This document shows, piece by piece, positions 11,566-22,160 of a stretch of 32,027 nt of DNA. The stretch's first letter is position 1. Each line of letters starts with the position of its first letter. Made by a program: the position numbers and the translations under genes. The notes beneath the pieces are model-generated. The model did not search any database and was not told the DNA's origin. It saw nothing but the letters and a program-made list of their open reading frames with translations. This stretch comes from Chiloscyllium plagiosum (taxonomy: Eukaryota): the NCBI RefSeq assembly GCF_004010195.1, contig NW_025213323.1, positions 1 through 32,027 of the forward strand, given 5' to 3'.

Positions 11566-13297
11566 TCTATGACTAAATGAGCCTTAAGATTTTTACCGTT
11601 GTATTTCCTGTGATGTCCGTTATAGAAGCCAAGGATTGGAAAGAAGATTTTGCCACAGAATTTTCTGTAGTGTGATGAGAAGATCCAGGGACTGAAATCA
11701 GGGTTAATTCTCAATCCTTTTATAAACGGAACTATTACAGAACCACTGGTAACATGCAAGGAGTAACTTTTGCATCCATTTCACTGATCTCTGAAATAGA
11801 AATTGTTTGCAGAACTCTATAGAGAAGATTTATTTAATAAAAAAACAATGAACAGTACTTTTTTTATAAAAAATGACGAGGACCATCCTAAGGACAAGTA
11901 CTTAATGTCCATAAAACTGACTCAGAATTGTCATTCTCTTCAATCACTGCCGTGATCAGACTTCTTCAAAAAGATAATAATCTGCCAACCTGTGATGCAT
12001 TATATAACCCAGGCTCACATGGCTTATATATATATCCTTTTAAAAAGAATAATTCTGTATCCAGTATAGCTATTAACAAATATATTGGTTTTCATACTGC
12101 AAGTGTTGGAGGTTCAATTATTCAATAACTTCTCCTGTAGTGAGTCATCCATAACTCATTTTCAAGACTCCGAATTCATTTACTGTCGTGAAAGGCTTTG
12201 TGATATGCTCTTGTTCTGAAAAGGGCTTGAAAAGATTAACTATGGTACTTTAAGCTCTTATTGAAGAAAGTGAATGGTAAATAATATTTAGAACAACAAA
12301 TAATCTTTAGTTCACCCACATAACAATTAAGAAACTGTGTATTTGCCAGACCCTCATCCAATGCACACCACCACTAAATGGAGTGATTTGAACTTGAAAT
12401 CCATTTTAAGAAGGTATAGAAGACCCATTTTGTGTTTTGTGACTCTGATCACATTATACTTTTGCACTTATTGAAATAAAACTGAAATACAAAAAACTCA
12501 GTTCCAGAAGTTGCTTAAGGAATCCACTTTGACAGTCTTCCTATTTTATGTGTATTTGTGATCTGTTAGATGACCACTTGCATTGTCTCCTGTCTCTACA
12601 TATAAAATGATCCATTGTTTCATAGAAAAAAATGTTAAATGATCAGATTTGTGTTTAGAATGTTGCATTTTAAGTATTGCAGGTTGCGTAAATGAATCAG
12701 GACATTTTTTGTTAAATGAAGTTCAGTTTTTTAATTCAATAATTTGGATATTACCATCAGCAATTCACTCCATTTTATGTTGAAATTGTCTTGCTATTAT
12801 TCTTCACCCAGTAGGCTACATTTCAAATATGTTTTGGACAAAAAGAATAGGATGCACCTGTCTTTGTCTAGCTTGTTTGTTCTTTACATCAAGTGCTTAG
12901 GTTTAAGTGCCATGTACAGTGAGATGCAAAATACTCTTTTTTTTCCAGTTATCAAAGGATTGGATTTACTCCATAGTATTTATGTTGTCCATATAATGTT
13001 ATTATCTGGAGCGCAGTGTTCCCACCATTTGAGATTCTGTGTAAATGGCGGAAGTTTTCTTATACACACAGTATTAACATGTAACAATGCACGTTTAATC
13101 TTCTCACTGTGTCTCATATAAATCTAATGCAAAATAGAAATATTTCCTCTGAATATACTATTCTGTTGACATTGTGTTAAAAGATTGGAAATACTCAAAT
13201 CCATCATATTATGTCAAGTCAACTTAATTTAATTCTTGATTAGAATATTTAAATATGGGGGCTACAATATATAGAATCACCTGCCAGGTGAATGTGG

Positions 13298-13503
13298 TAA
13301 AAACCGACAGAACTGCGAATGTTGTATATCAGAAACAAAACCAGAAATTGCTAGAAATGTTCAGCAGGTCTGGCGGCATCTGGGGAGAGAAATCAAAGTT
13401 AATGTTTCAGGTTTAATGACTCTTCACTTCTGAGTTAACTCTGATTTCTCTCCACAGATGCTGCCAGATCTGCTGAGCTTTTCCAGCAATTTCTGTTTTT
13501 GTT
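13298..13503. mobile_element. Palindromic (foldback) Penelope pLTR-derived element
   Basis: Inverted arms of about 69 bp (13334-13402 and 13435-13503) around a loop of about 32 nt. The arms share the gcaggtc.ggc.gcatc motif with the other pLTR copies. Confidence 0.8.
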
Positions 13504-13881
13504 GCAAGTGAATACATTGTTTAAGTTTGTCATGTGACATGACCTGAGCCTTGAATGAGGAGATTGGCTAATGATTTCCACTAACCGATGCTCTTGAGGT
13601 GAACCTCTTAAGACATTTTCTTCAGAGTTTCATCTACCAGAAAATTAATCCAAAGAAAAAAATGCTTGAAGACCTTCAAAGTTGTTTTTTTAGCTCATGC
13701 TTAAAAGATTCCTCTGAATGGACAACATGAATTACTGAGTACTGTCCCTGAAAATGCACTGATGTAACTTTGTTGTGACTTTAATTGATATGAGTCTGGC
13801 ACAAACAGGGTGCGTTCCGTGTGCTAAAACAGTATAACGTGTGCATGTCAGAACCTGATGCTTAACAAGTGTTTGTGCTAG

Positions 13882-14017
13882 CGCATACAGACCGAGGAAG
13901 TACCACCAGCCTGAGCAGCGATTTCTCAGTCATCATGGAGGAGTCTCCCACTACTACAGGGACTTTCAATTATGAAGCATTGGAAATGACAACAGGCCCA
14001 GCAACGCAGGTTGCTTG
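13882..14017 (+). CDS. MTMR14: MTMR14 coding exon 5 in window
   Basis: tgtgctag|CGCATACAGACCGAGG...GCTTG|gtaagt. (A)HTDRGSTTSLSSDFSVIMEESPTTTGTFNYEALEMTTGPATQVA(W) vs human RRKDRGSTTSLGSDFSLVMESSPGATGSFTYEAVEL. 136 nt, phase 1 to 2. An in-frame acceptor at 13891 is also possible. Confidence 0.9.
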
Positions 14018-14442
14018 GTAAGTAATGTTGTGTCTGATGAAGTGCATTTATATTTGGATACATTTGTTATCTATTTTCCTGTTTGGCCTTTAAGCACATC
14101 TTCCAATAAGGCATTGGACGCATGTGAGAACCCATCTAATTTTGGGTAATAAGGTATGAAGTTTTCCTTCACCCACTGTTGGGAAGCATTTGCTGCTGAT
14201 GGATGTGTGATTGATCCAGATCTCTGACTATGACTCACTCTGTGTGAAGATGTGAGCATAAACTCTCACCATGTCATTGCTTCCAGCATTTTGGAAATAA
14301 GAACTACTTGATGGACTTGAATTACTACTTAATTGCTTTTTTGTTTTCTTCAAATGCGTTATTTTAATCCTCCTCTTTAATATTAAATTTTAGAGCTATG
14401 GTTCAATATACTCAAAAAGCTGGTTGTGCTTCACCCTATTGG

Positions 14443-14519
14443 AAAAAGAACAGAAAATTCTGGAAATACTGAGCAGGTCAGGCAGCATCTATAGAGAGCA
14501 GTGGAATTAACGTTTCAGT
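14443..14519. mobile_element. Single arm of the same pLTR-derived family
   Basis: aacagaaaattctggaaatactgagcaggtcaggcagcatctatagagag...ttaacgtttcag matches the left arm at 13334-13410. Confidence 0.75.
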
Positions 14520-14615
14520 TTTTAAAAAAAATTATTCTTTGGACAAGGGCATCGCTGCCTGGACCAGCATTTATTAATCATTCCTAGTTGCCTTTTGAGA
14601 AGATGTAGTGAGTTG

Positions 14616-14700
14616 CTGAAGAAGGGCTCATGCCCGAAACGTCGATTCTCCTGCTCCTTGGATGCTGTCTGTTCTGCACTTTTCCAGCAACACATTTTCA
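14616..14700 (+). mobile_element. Penelope pLTR fragment starting at a hammerhead-like core
   Basis: CTGAAGA-A-GGGC-TCAT-GCCC-GAAAC-GTC followed by gattctcctgctccttggatgctg, which is the reverse complement of the pLTR at 21420-21475. Confidence 0.8.
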
Positions 14701-14772
14701 GCATTAAGCAGACCTAAGCTTAACCTCAGATCAGGCGAGATCGGGTGTTTTCAGACAAGTATGGCTGTAGAG
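14701..14772 (-). pseudogene. 5S rRNA-derived fragment (5' about 70 nt)
   Basis: Reverse complement ctctacagccatacttgtctgaaaacacccgatctcgcctgatctgaggttaagc aligns with the vertebrate 5S start G.CTACGGCCATAC....CTGAA..CGCCCGATCTCGTCTGATCTCGGAAGCTAAGC. The 3' half, including box C, is absent. Confidence 0.85.
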
Positions 14773-15884
14773 AGTTCAATTTCGTTTCAGGTCAGTGGTA
14801 ACCTCGAGGATGTTAATAGTGGAAGGATCAAGTGATGGTAACACCATTGAATGTCAAGGGGCAATTTTTCGACTCCTGCAATAACACCCCTGAACAGGTT
14901 GATTACAAAATATCTATCCTGAGGAAGTCCTGCAGAGATGTCGTGGAGCAGGGATGACTGACCTCCAATCATCAGAATGTGTTTTTTTTTCTCTGACGTC
15001 TATTGAATCCAGTTTTACCAGAGCTGCTTGATGCCACAGTTGGTCAAATGCCACCTTAATGTCAGAGCTGTCGCTCTCATTTCACCTCTGGAATTCCGCT
15101 CTTCTGTGCTTGTTGGAACTAAGCAGGTGCTGTTTGATAACATGTTGATGACCCCTTCCAATCCATCACTTTATTGATGATCAAGGATAGAGCTTATAGG
15201 GTGGTAATTGGCTGGGTTGAATTGGTCCTGTTTTGTGTGTACAGGACGTAATTGGGCAATTTTCCACATTGTCAGGTAGAAGCCAGTGTTGTAGCTGTAC
15301 TGGAAGAGCTTGGATAAGGGTGTGACAGGTTCTGATGTGCAAATTTTCAGTACTATTGCTGGACACTGTCTGGGCATAGAACCTTTGCAATCTTCAGTGC
15401 TTTCGACCATTTTTTTGATATGACATGGCATGAATCAAATTGGCTGAAGACCAGCATATGTGATGCTGGGGACTAGTAGAGGATGCCAAGACAGACCATC
15501 CACACAACAATTATGGGTGAAGATTGTTGCGAATGCTTCGGTCTTATCTTTTGAATGATGTGCTGGGCCCCTCTCACCATTGATGTTGGGGATATTTGTG
15601 GCATCTCCTCCAATGAGTTGTTTGATTGTCTACCACCATTGGGTGTGGCAGGACTGCAGAGCTTAGATCTGATCCATTGGTTGTGGAATTGCTTAGCTCG
15701 GTCTTGTCACTTGCTGCTTGTGCTGTTTGGCATGCAAGTAGTCCTGTTTTGGTAGCTTGACTGGCACATCATTTTTAGTTATGCCTGGTGCTTTTATTAT
15801 AATTACATGTTTTTGGTGATGAGCTATCTTTATAATGGTCATTTAGGTTCACAACAGGAACAAACAAAGAATCAAACAGATGTC

Positions 15885-16415
15885 ATAAGACAGTAAGATA
15901 TTGATGAAGAATTAGGCAATTTTGAGTCTGCTTTGCCATTTGATTTTAGTTGATCTGTTTCTCAATACCATTCTCCTTCCTTCTCCTGTAACACTTGATC
16001 CTTTTACTAATGAAGAACATATCTATCTCTGACTTAAAGCCACTCAATGACTGGCCTCCACAGCCTTCTGTGGCAATGACTTCCACAGATTCACCAACCT
16101 TTTGGCTGAAGAAATTTCTCCTCATCTCAGTTATAAAGGGTTGTCACTTCACTCTGAGGCTGTGCCCTCAGGTCCTAGTCTCTCCTACTAGTGGAAACGT
16201 CTACATATCCACTGTACCTAGACTCCTCAGTATTCTATAAGTTTCAATGACATCCCTCCTTGTCCTTCTGTACTCAGTCGTCTAGAGACTGGAATTCTTA
16301 ACTGCTCCTCATATGACAAGCCCTTCATTCTCAGGGTCACTCTTGTACACTTCCTCTGGACCCCTCCAATGCCAGCACCTCCTTCCTTAGATATGGGGAT
16401 GAAAACTGCTCTTCG
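15885..16415 (-). mobile_element. CR1-type LINE 3' portion
   Basis: ORF 16227..16421 VQRKCTRVTLRMKGLSYEEQLR, plus antisense 3'UTR gaagaattaggcaattttgagtctgctttgccatt. Confidence 0.85.
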
Positions 16416-17375
16416 TATCAAATCAGTAGTTTTACTCTAACTGTAGCAAAATACATATTTACCCACTATGTATGTCACTGAGGTTTACTATGTCACCACT
16501 AATAAGAATGTGTCTTGCAGATTTGAAGAACTTTTGTGCTGACCCCATTTCCTTTTGTTTAAGATTAGATGGCACAAGGCACACTAACTATCATTAAATC
16601 ATTCGTTTTTCTTTTAGACGGCTGTAGTGTTGGTGTGAATAAAACACTTCCAATTTTAATATCATCTTGTCACTCTCCCTTTTTATCTACCCTAATTTTC
16701 CTCCTCTCTCCTGGCCTCTCAAGTCTTTGTTTAGCTGTTCCTAGCCCTCCTCCTTCTCCACTTCATTAAATTCTTGTTGGATATCTTTGCAGCCATTTAT
16801 TTTCCTTGCTTTTATTTCTTTCAGTCTTTGCTTCTGTAATGTCAAGTTGCTGCTTTCTGAAATAATATCAAAATGATATTTTTGGAAGTTAAAAATTTAA
16901 AATCTTGCACAAGTGTCAATGCTTTGCTTTGATAACACACACTGTCCAAACTGCTGTAAGGGATGCAAGAGTTAAGACCCACTCTGGAAATTGTTGGGAA
17001 ATGTCCTCTCTACTCCAGAGCAGCTCTTAAGAAATTTGTTTTTTAAAACTTTGCACTAGTTAGCTGCTCATTAGAATTGTAATCTTCATACTATTATCAA
17101 TACTAGCTGGAGAAATGCCTCGCTGCTTTTCTGTGCCTTGATTTTATTTTAGCCGCCTTGGAGATGTGGAAGCAATTATTTTATTGAAATCTATTCAAAG
17201 GTATTCGTTTTTAAGGTCAAAACTGCTCAGATGCACTGCTTGGAGCATTATCATCAAAATGTGTTCATCATGATATATCATTTATCATCAGCCCCTGGAT
17301 TTCTGAAGTTGTTTTGAGCAAAAATGGAAAATAATTCCATTCACCTCTGATTGTATCTGTTTTAATTGAATTCAG

Positions 17376-17552
17376 GAGAAAAGGCCGAACGTCGTCACCA
17401 CAGACTGTTATGTGGAATAAACCTTACCTGCCTAACCAACTAGAGGATCGGTTCTTACAACATGGTATACCTGAAGCTAGGTCATCGTTCTACCAATCAG
17501 AAAATAACTTCAGAACAGGAAGTAGCAGCCCCTTGGCTGTTCCTGAAAGAAG
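17376..17552 (+). CDS. MTMR14: MTMR14 coding exon 6 in window
   Basis: aattcag|GAGA...AGAAG|gttagt. (W)RKGRTSSPQTVMWNKPYLPNQLEDRFLQHGIPEARSSFYQSENNFRTGSSSPLAVPER vs human WRKSHSSSPQSVLWNRP...EARSS...GSSPLEVPKPR. 177 nt, phase 2 to 2. Confidence 0.9.
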
Positions 17553-19491
17553 GTTAGTCCACTGAGGATATATTGAGTAATGGTTACTTGCTGGCATGCC
17601 TAACTTATGGGTACAGGTACACTATTGGTTTCCAAAAGCTACAGGACGGTGAAAGCATCTTGATGGGGGAAAAGAAAACTCCCCTTTCTTGGTGTGGAAT
17701 AGGATAGATAACTTCATTGCTAACAATTGCAGCATTACTGGAGCATCTGAATGTGAATGATGTATACCTAAAAAGATTAACCTGAACTGTGTGCATTAAC
17801 ATGTAAACTGACTCTGTTTGAAGCTACTAATGCTCTTGAAGCTTGAATGAACATGTGGGTTATATAAATTTTATTCATACCCCTTGTTCCAAACTGCTGT
17901 CATGACCTGGTATTAAATGTTTTTGTCTCAACAACCCCACGAGAAGCATATACATTTTTTCGTCAATGTGTACGGATAATGATATCTCAGATTTAGGATG
18001 GACTTGGTTTTCATACCCTTTATAATGTTTTAAAGAGTTTGATGCCAATAGTCTGAAATATGATTACCCATTATGTCAGCAACTATGGAAAATAGCAATG
18101 TAGACTGCTGATTACTGGTCCTGATTACTACCGCCCAGCAACTGAGCATGTTGAATTTCCAACATGATTGTGGTATACTGATGCAATATACTTTCCTTTA
18201 TTCGGCAATTTGGCTAACCAATGTACTGTGCCTGTTTTGAATGATTATCATGTTCAAGTTGACAGACAGAGGGCTGGCATGAGTAAAGCAATGAATGTGG
18301 TTTGTAAGTTATAACTGTGCTGTAGAATTACTTGCAGTGCGAGCAGGTTACTGACTTGTTTTGAAAATCTGCAAAGGAAAACTGCCTGATTAGTTCTGGA
18401 AGGATTGCTAACATATTTTTTCCTCCATAGTAACTTTTGTAGCTTCTCTTGGTTTCCTCAATTCCTGTAATTCTTTAGTGTCTTGCTGTGGTTCTTTTCT
18501 AAACTCGTAATTAGTATAGCTCTTTTGTTTTTTTTCTTCACATTATTATTATTTCATCAAACGCTACCCTAATTTACAGTTAAATAAATTTGTAAGTTAA
18601 TGTAGAGATAAATGTGTGTACAATAGGACATCATTAAAACACATTTTTCTCAGTCCTCGTTTTCCCCAACAAGAAAGTAATGTGACCTCCAAATGTTTAT
18701 CTCCCTGCTCTGACTCTTCCCTCAACTTTAGGTTTCCACTCTTTTCAGGGGACTGCCTGTCAAAAGGACCAATCAATGAATTGTACCATAAGGAGCAACA
18801 AATCTGCAATGTTTCTGTCCTGTATATTTACTGGAGGTCGTGAAGCAAAATGCATCTACTGACCATCTGATATCCATCACAAGTGCATGCCTTTGCACAA
18901 TTGAGGAAATTATAACAAATTTAAATATCTTCTATTAGGCTCAGAGACTTTAAACAAAAAATGGAATTCGGAGAATGGAGAGGAAAACTTTCTCCTTGTC
19001 ACCACGCTTTTAAGATCTCCTGAAGAGGATTTCATGATTCGTATAAGCATTGATTTTGATTTCATATTGGCCTTGCAGAATCCAATTACAATCTACATTG
19101 AGAGAAGTTACAGCCTGGGTTACGAAATTTAGTCATATTACCATCTACTGAAATTAGATGTACGGTGATGTTTGAAATATTAATTTCCATTGAGTTTTAG
19201 CCATGAATGTTATATAGAAAGTTATTCCTGTTCGTGACGACAAAATTTTATTATTGCTTCCAACAGAAGCCTTTAACTTGTAGAAGCAGTCAGGTATTGC
19301 TGTACATAATGACTTATTGTCCTATTGGAATGGAGAAGGAAGTGGCACTGCAGTAAAGAAGAAACCAAACGAGAAGCTCTTTCATAACTATGGAGTATGT
19401 GGGCTAACCATGTAAAATTTTATATTAAAAGAATACATCAGCACAAAAGGCCAGCTGTGCTTATTTTGTATTTCACTGTCTTCCTGTGCAG

Positions 19492-19644
19492 CTCCACAGA
19501 GTATTCCCAATCTTCATCCTCTTCCACGGATTATGGCAGCTGGCAGATCGTGTCTGGCTGTGGCAGTATTCATGACCAGACTGTAGTTACCAATGACTCA
19601 CCCCTCCCCTTCAGTGTACAAGATGATGGAGCCAATGGAAGACT
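19492..19644 (+). CDS. MTMR14: MTMR14 coding exon 7 in window
   Basis: cttcctgtgcag|CTCC...AGACT|gtgagt. (S)STEYSQSSSSSTDYGSWQIVSGCGSIHDQTVVTNDSPLPFSVQDDGANGR(L) vs human STDYGSWQMVTGCGSIQ...DSSLPFS. Overlaps ORF 19397..19648. 153 nt, phase 2 to 2. Confidence 0.93.
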
Positions 19645-21345
19645 GTGAGTGTTGCTGAGATTATGCAACTTTTGCCTCAGAATTATTTAATCCTGTTATA
19701 GGTGTCTGCCTTTCTCTGTACATCTGTTGTCCCCCTCATCCACCTCTGACCCCATGCACAACCTGCATGATTCTTTAAGCAGCAAGCTTCCGTTCTGAAA
19801 TCTCTCTCAGTACAAACACGGATCTCCTCCAAAAGGAAGGAATATTTGCAAACAACTAAGTAGCATGTGTCTTGAATTCTCAAAGAAACTAATTTACAAC
19901 AATCTTCGGTAACCGGAAAAGCATCACTAGTTTGAGGCTGCCTGCAGAAATGGAAGAAATTTTTAAATTTGCAATTATAGAGGCAGCTGTCGGTAATGTT
20001 ACCAAATGTGATATCAAGAAAACAGGTGCTCACTTGTTTGTCTTTTGGTGAAGTCGTCTTTGTATTTCAGGCATTTATACCTGACTTTAAATGTATAAGG
20101 CTCTCAATAAGCAATAAGTACAATTGTGGGGTGGGAGGAAGAAGGAAGAACAAAACCGAAGTATAAAGGTGAAAATGAACAGACTGTGAGGTGGATTTTT
20201 GTGCTGATCTTTGTTGTGGTATGAAAGCAAATTGTTGTGACCTCTTGCATTCAATAAAAGAAATCATTTATGCTTAAATAGCTGTCAGAATTGAAACCAG
20301 CAAATAAAGGCGACTTGCAGTGAGAACAGAAATAATTCCCATATCATCATTATTCAGGCAGTGAACTGTTGCTGACACTGTCAATGAATGTCTTAAAAAT
20401 GCTTGGTGATGAAAGAATGAGCCCTTTTATGGAAAATGATCATCCAGCCACAATATGCCTTCAATACTCCAATCAAAATAAGATTTTCAATTTCTCTGAA
20501 CCTAGTATGAGATAGAGAGAGATTGGGTTAATAATGTGACTGGCACGAATGGTTTTGATAGGAATATAGAAAGTTTTCGCCTTTTTTAATTACAAGTTTG
20601 GTGACTGAACAGGCTTGTGATGTTTGTTGTACCTAAGGTTACATGAACATCTACGACAAAGTTATTTTAATTATGAATAATTCACAAGCACCACAAGTAT
20701 CTATTTAGTTGTAAGAGATGTAGCTAAAATATAGCCTATAAAACCATCTAACAAATGGGAAAAGAAATCCCAATGATTTGGACCACATTTTATAGAATTG
20801 AATTCCAGTGAATCCAATCCTGTGACATTTGTTTACACTTCAGTTTACAGCTCAGAGGTGAAATGTATAAACCCAAATTCTAAATATACCTCCCAGTAGT
20901 GCCAGATCACCTTCTTTTCAAATTGATTTAGTTTATACTCCAGATTTGTCTTTTTTTGGGGGGGTTGGGTGGGGGGGGAATAGGAAAGGTGTGACGGACT
21001 TAAGCTGTTGGAATGTAACTTTCTTGATTCTTAACCTTGGGTTGTTGTGCCACTTGATGAAGGCTGCTCATTTTTGTTCTGGAATCACATGCTTCTGTTG
21101 AAGTCTAGTTAACTGGATAAAGATGTTTTGTACAGCTAGCTTAATTTGATCCCCCTGTTTTGAAATTGAGTTGGCTCTGAGAAGATTGTCCAGATTGGTT
21201 TTGAGCTGCTTTTGTCAGGCCCCTTGAATGTTGAGACATTTATCACCCTCCTCTTGGAACTTTGGTTCTTTGTGTTAAGTGGATGATCTGTCCAGAAGAC
21301 ATAATCTCCTGCAACAACTTAAGTTGTTGACTTGAACAATGCCTT

Positions 21346-22160
21346 AGGCAAAAGTGAGTACTGCAGATGCTGGAAATCCAAGTCTAGATTAGAGTGATGC
21401 TGGAAAAGCTCAGCCGGTCAGGCAGCATCCAAGGAGCAGGAAAATCGGCGTTTCGGACAAAAGCCCTTCATTAAGGACTGAAGGCAGGGAGCCTCCAGGG
21501 TGCAGATACAAATGGTAGGGGGGGTGGGGCTGGGGAGAAGGTAGCAAAGTGTACAGTGGGTGGCTGGGGGTGGGGATGAAGGTGATAGGAGGGTGAAGCA
21601 GATACGTGGGAGGAAGATTGGCAGGTAGGACAGGTTATGAGGATGATGCTGAGCTAGAAGGTTGGAACTGGGGTAAAGTAGGGGGAGGGGAAATGAGGAA
21701 ACTGGTGAAGTCCACATTGATGCCCTGGGGTTGAAGTGTTCCGAGGTGTAAGATGAGGCGTTCTTCCTCCAGGTGTCTGGTGTTGAGGGAATGGTGATGG
21801 AGGAGGCCCAGGACCTGCATGTCCTTGGCACAGTGGGAGGGGGAGTTGAAATGTTGGGCCACTGGGCACTGGGGTTAATTGATGCGAGTGTCCCGGAGAT
21901 GTTCCCTAAAGCGCTCTGTGAGAAGTGCCTAGTCTCCCCAGTGTAGAGGAGACTGCATCGGGAGCAACGGATACAATAAATGACATTAGTGGATGTGCAG
22001 ATGAAACTTTGGATGTGGAAGGTTCCTTTGGGGCCTTGGATGGGGGTGAGATGGTTGGGGGGGTGGGAAGTGGGTGCAGGTTTTGCAATTCCAGTGATGG
22101 CAGGGAAAGGTGCCAGGAGTGGAAGGTGGGTTGTTGTGGGGCGCGGACCTGACCATCTAA
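21346..22160 (-). mobile_element. Penelope-like element fragment: GIY-YIG endonuclease region plus pLTR
   Basis: ORF 21418..22200 has IQGPKGTFHIQSFICTSTNVIYCIRCSRCSLLYTGETR (GIY-YIG motif). Frameshifted ORF 21635..21862 has AQHFNSPSH...RHLEEERLILHLGTLQPQGIN. A terminal pLTR carries a degenerate hammerhead at 21445-21475. Confidence 0.9.

Larger units (their letters stand above)
14523..15795 (-). mobile_element. Non-LTR retrotransposon (L2/CR1 group), interrupted at 14616-14772
   Basis: 3' tail at 14523-14613. ORF 15171..15431 IVLKICTSEPVTPLSKLFQYSYNTGFYLTMWKIAQLRPVHTKQDQFNPANYHPIS is the RT N-terminal block. Confidence 0.85.

Noticed and set aside
12744..13121. 125-aa hydrophobic ORF
   Set aside because: TTG start, composition typical of AT-rich intron sequence, and no recognisable homology or splice support.
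14701..14772. Functional 5S rRNA gene
   Set aside because: Truncated at about 70 nt, diverged, and lacking box C and the terminator.
18939..19045. Exon-like purine-rich stretch after tctattag
   Set aside because: In the MTMR14 phase-2 frame it reaches TGA at about 19021. The open frame is phase-incompatible and the donor (gtataa) is poor.
20406..20499. GTGATGA...CTGA as a possible intronic C/D snoRNA
   Set aside because: No convincing terminal stem and no recognisable rRNA or snRNA guide. These motifs are expected by chance.
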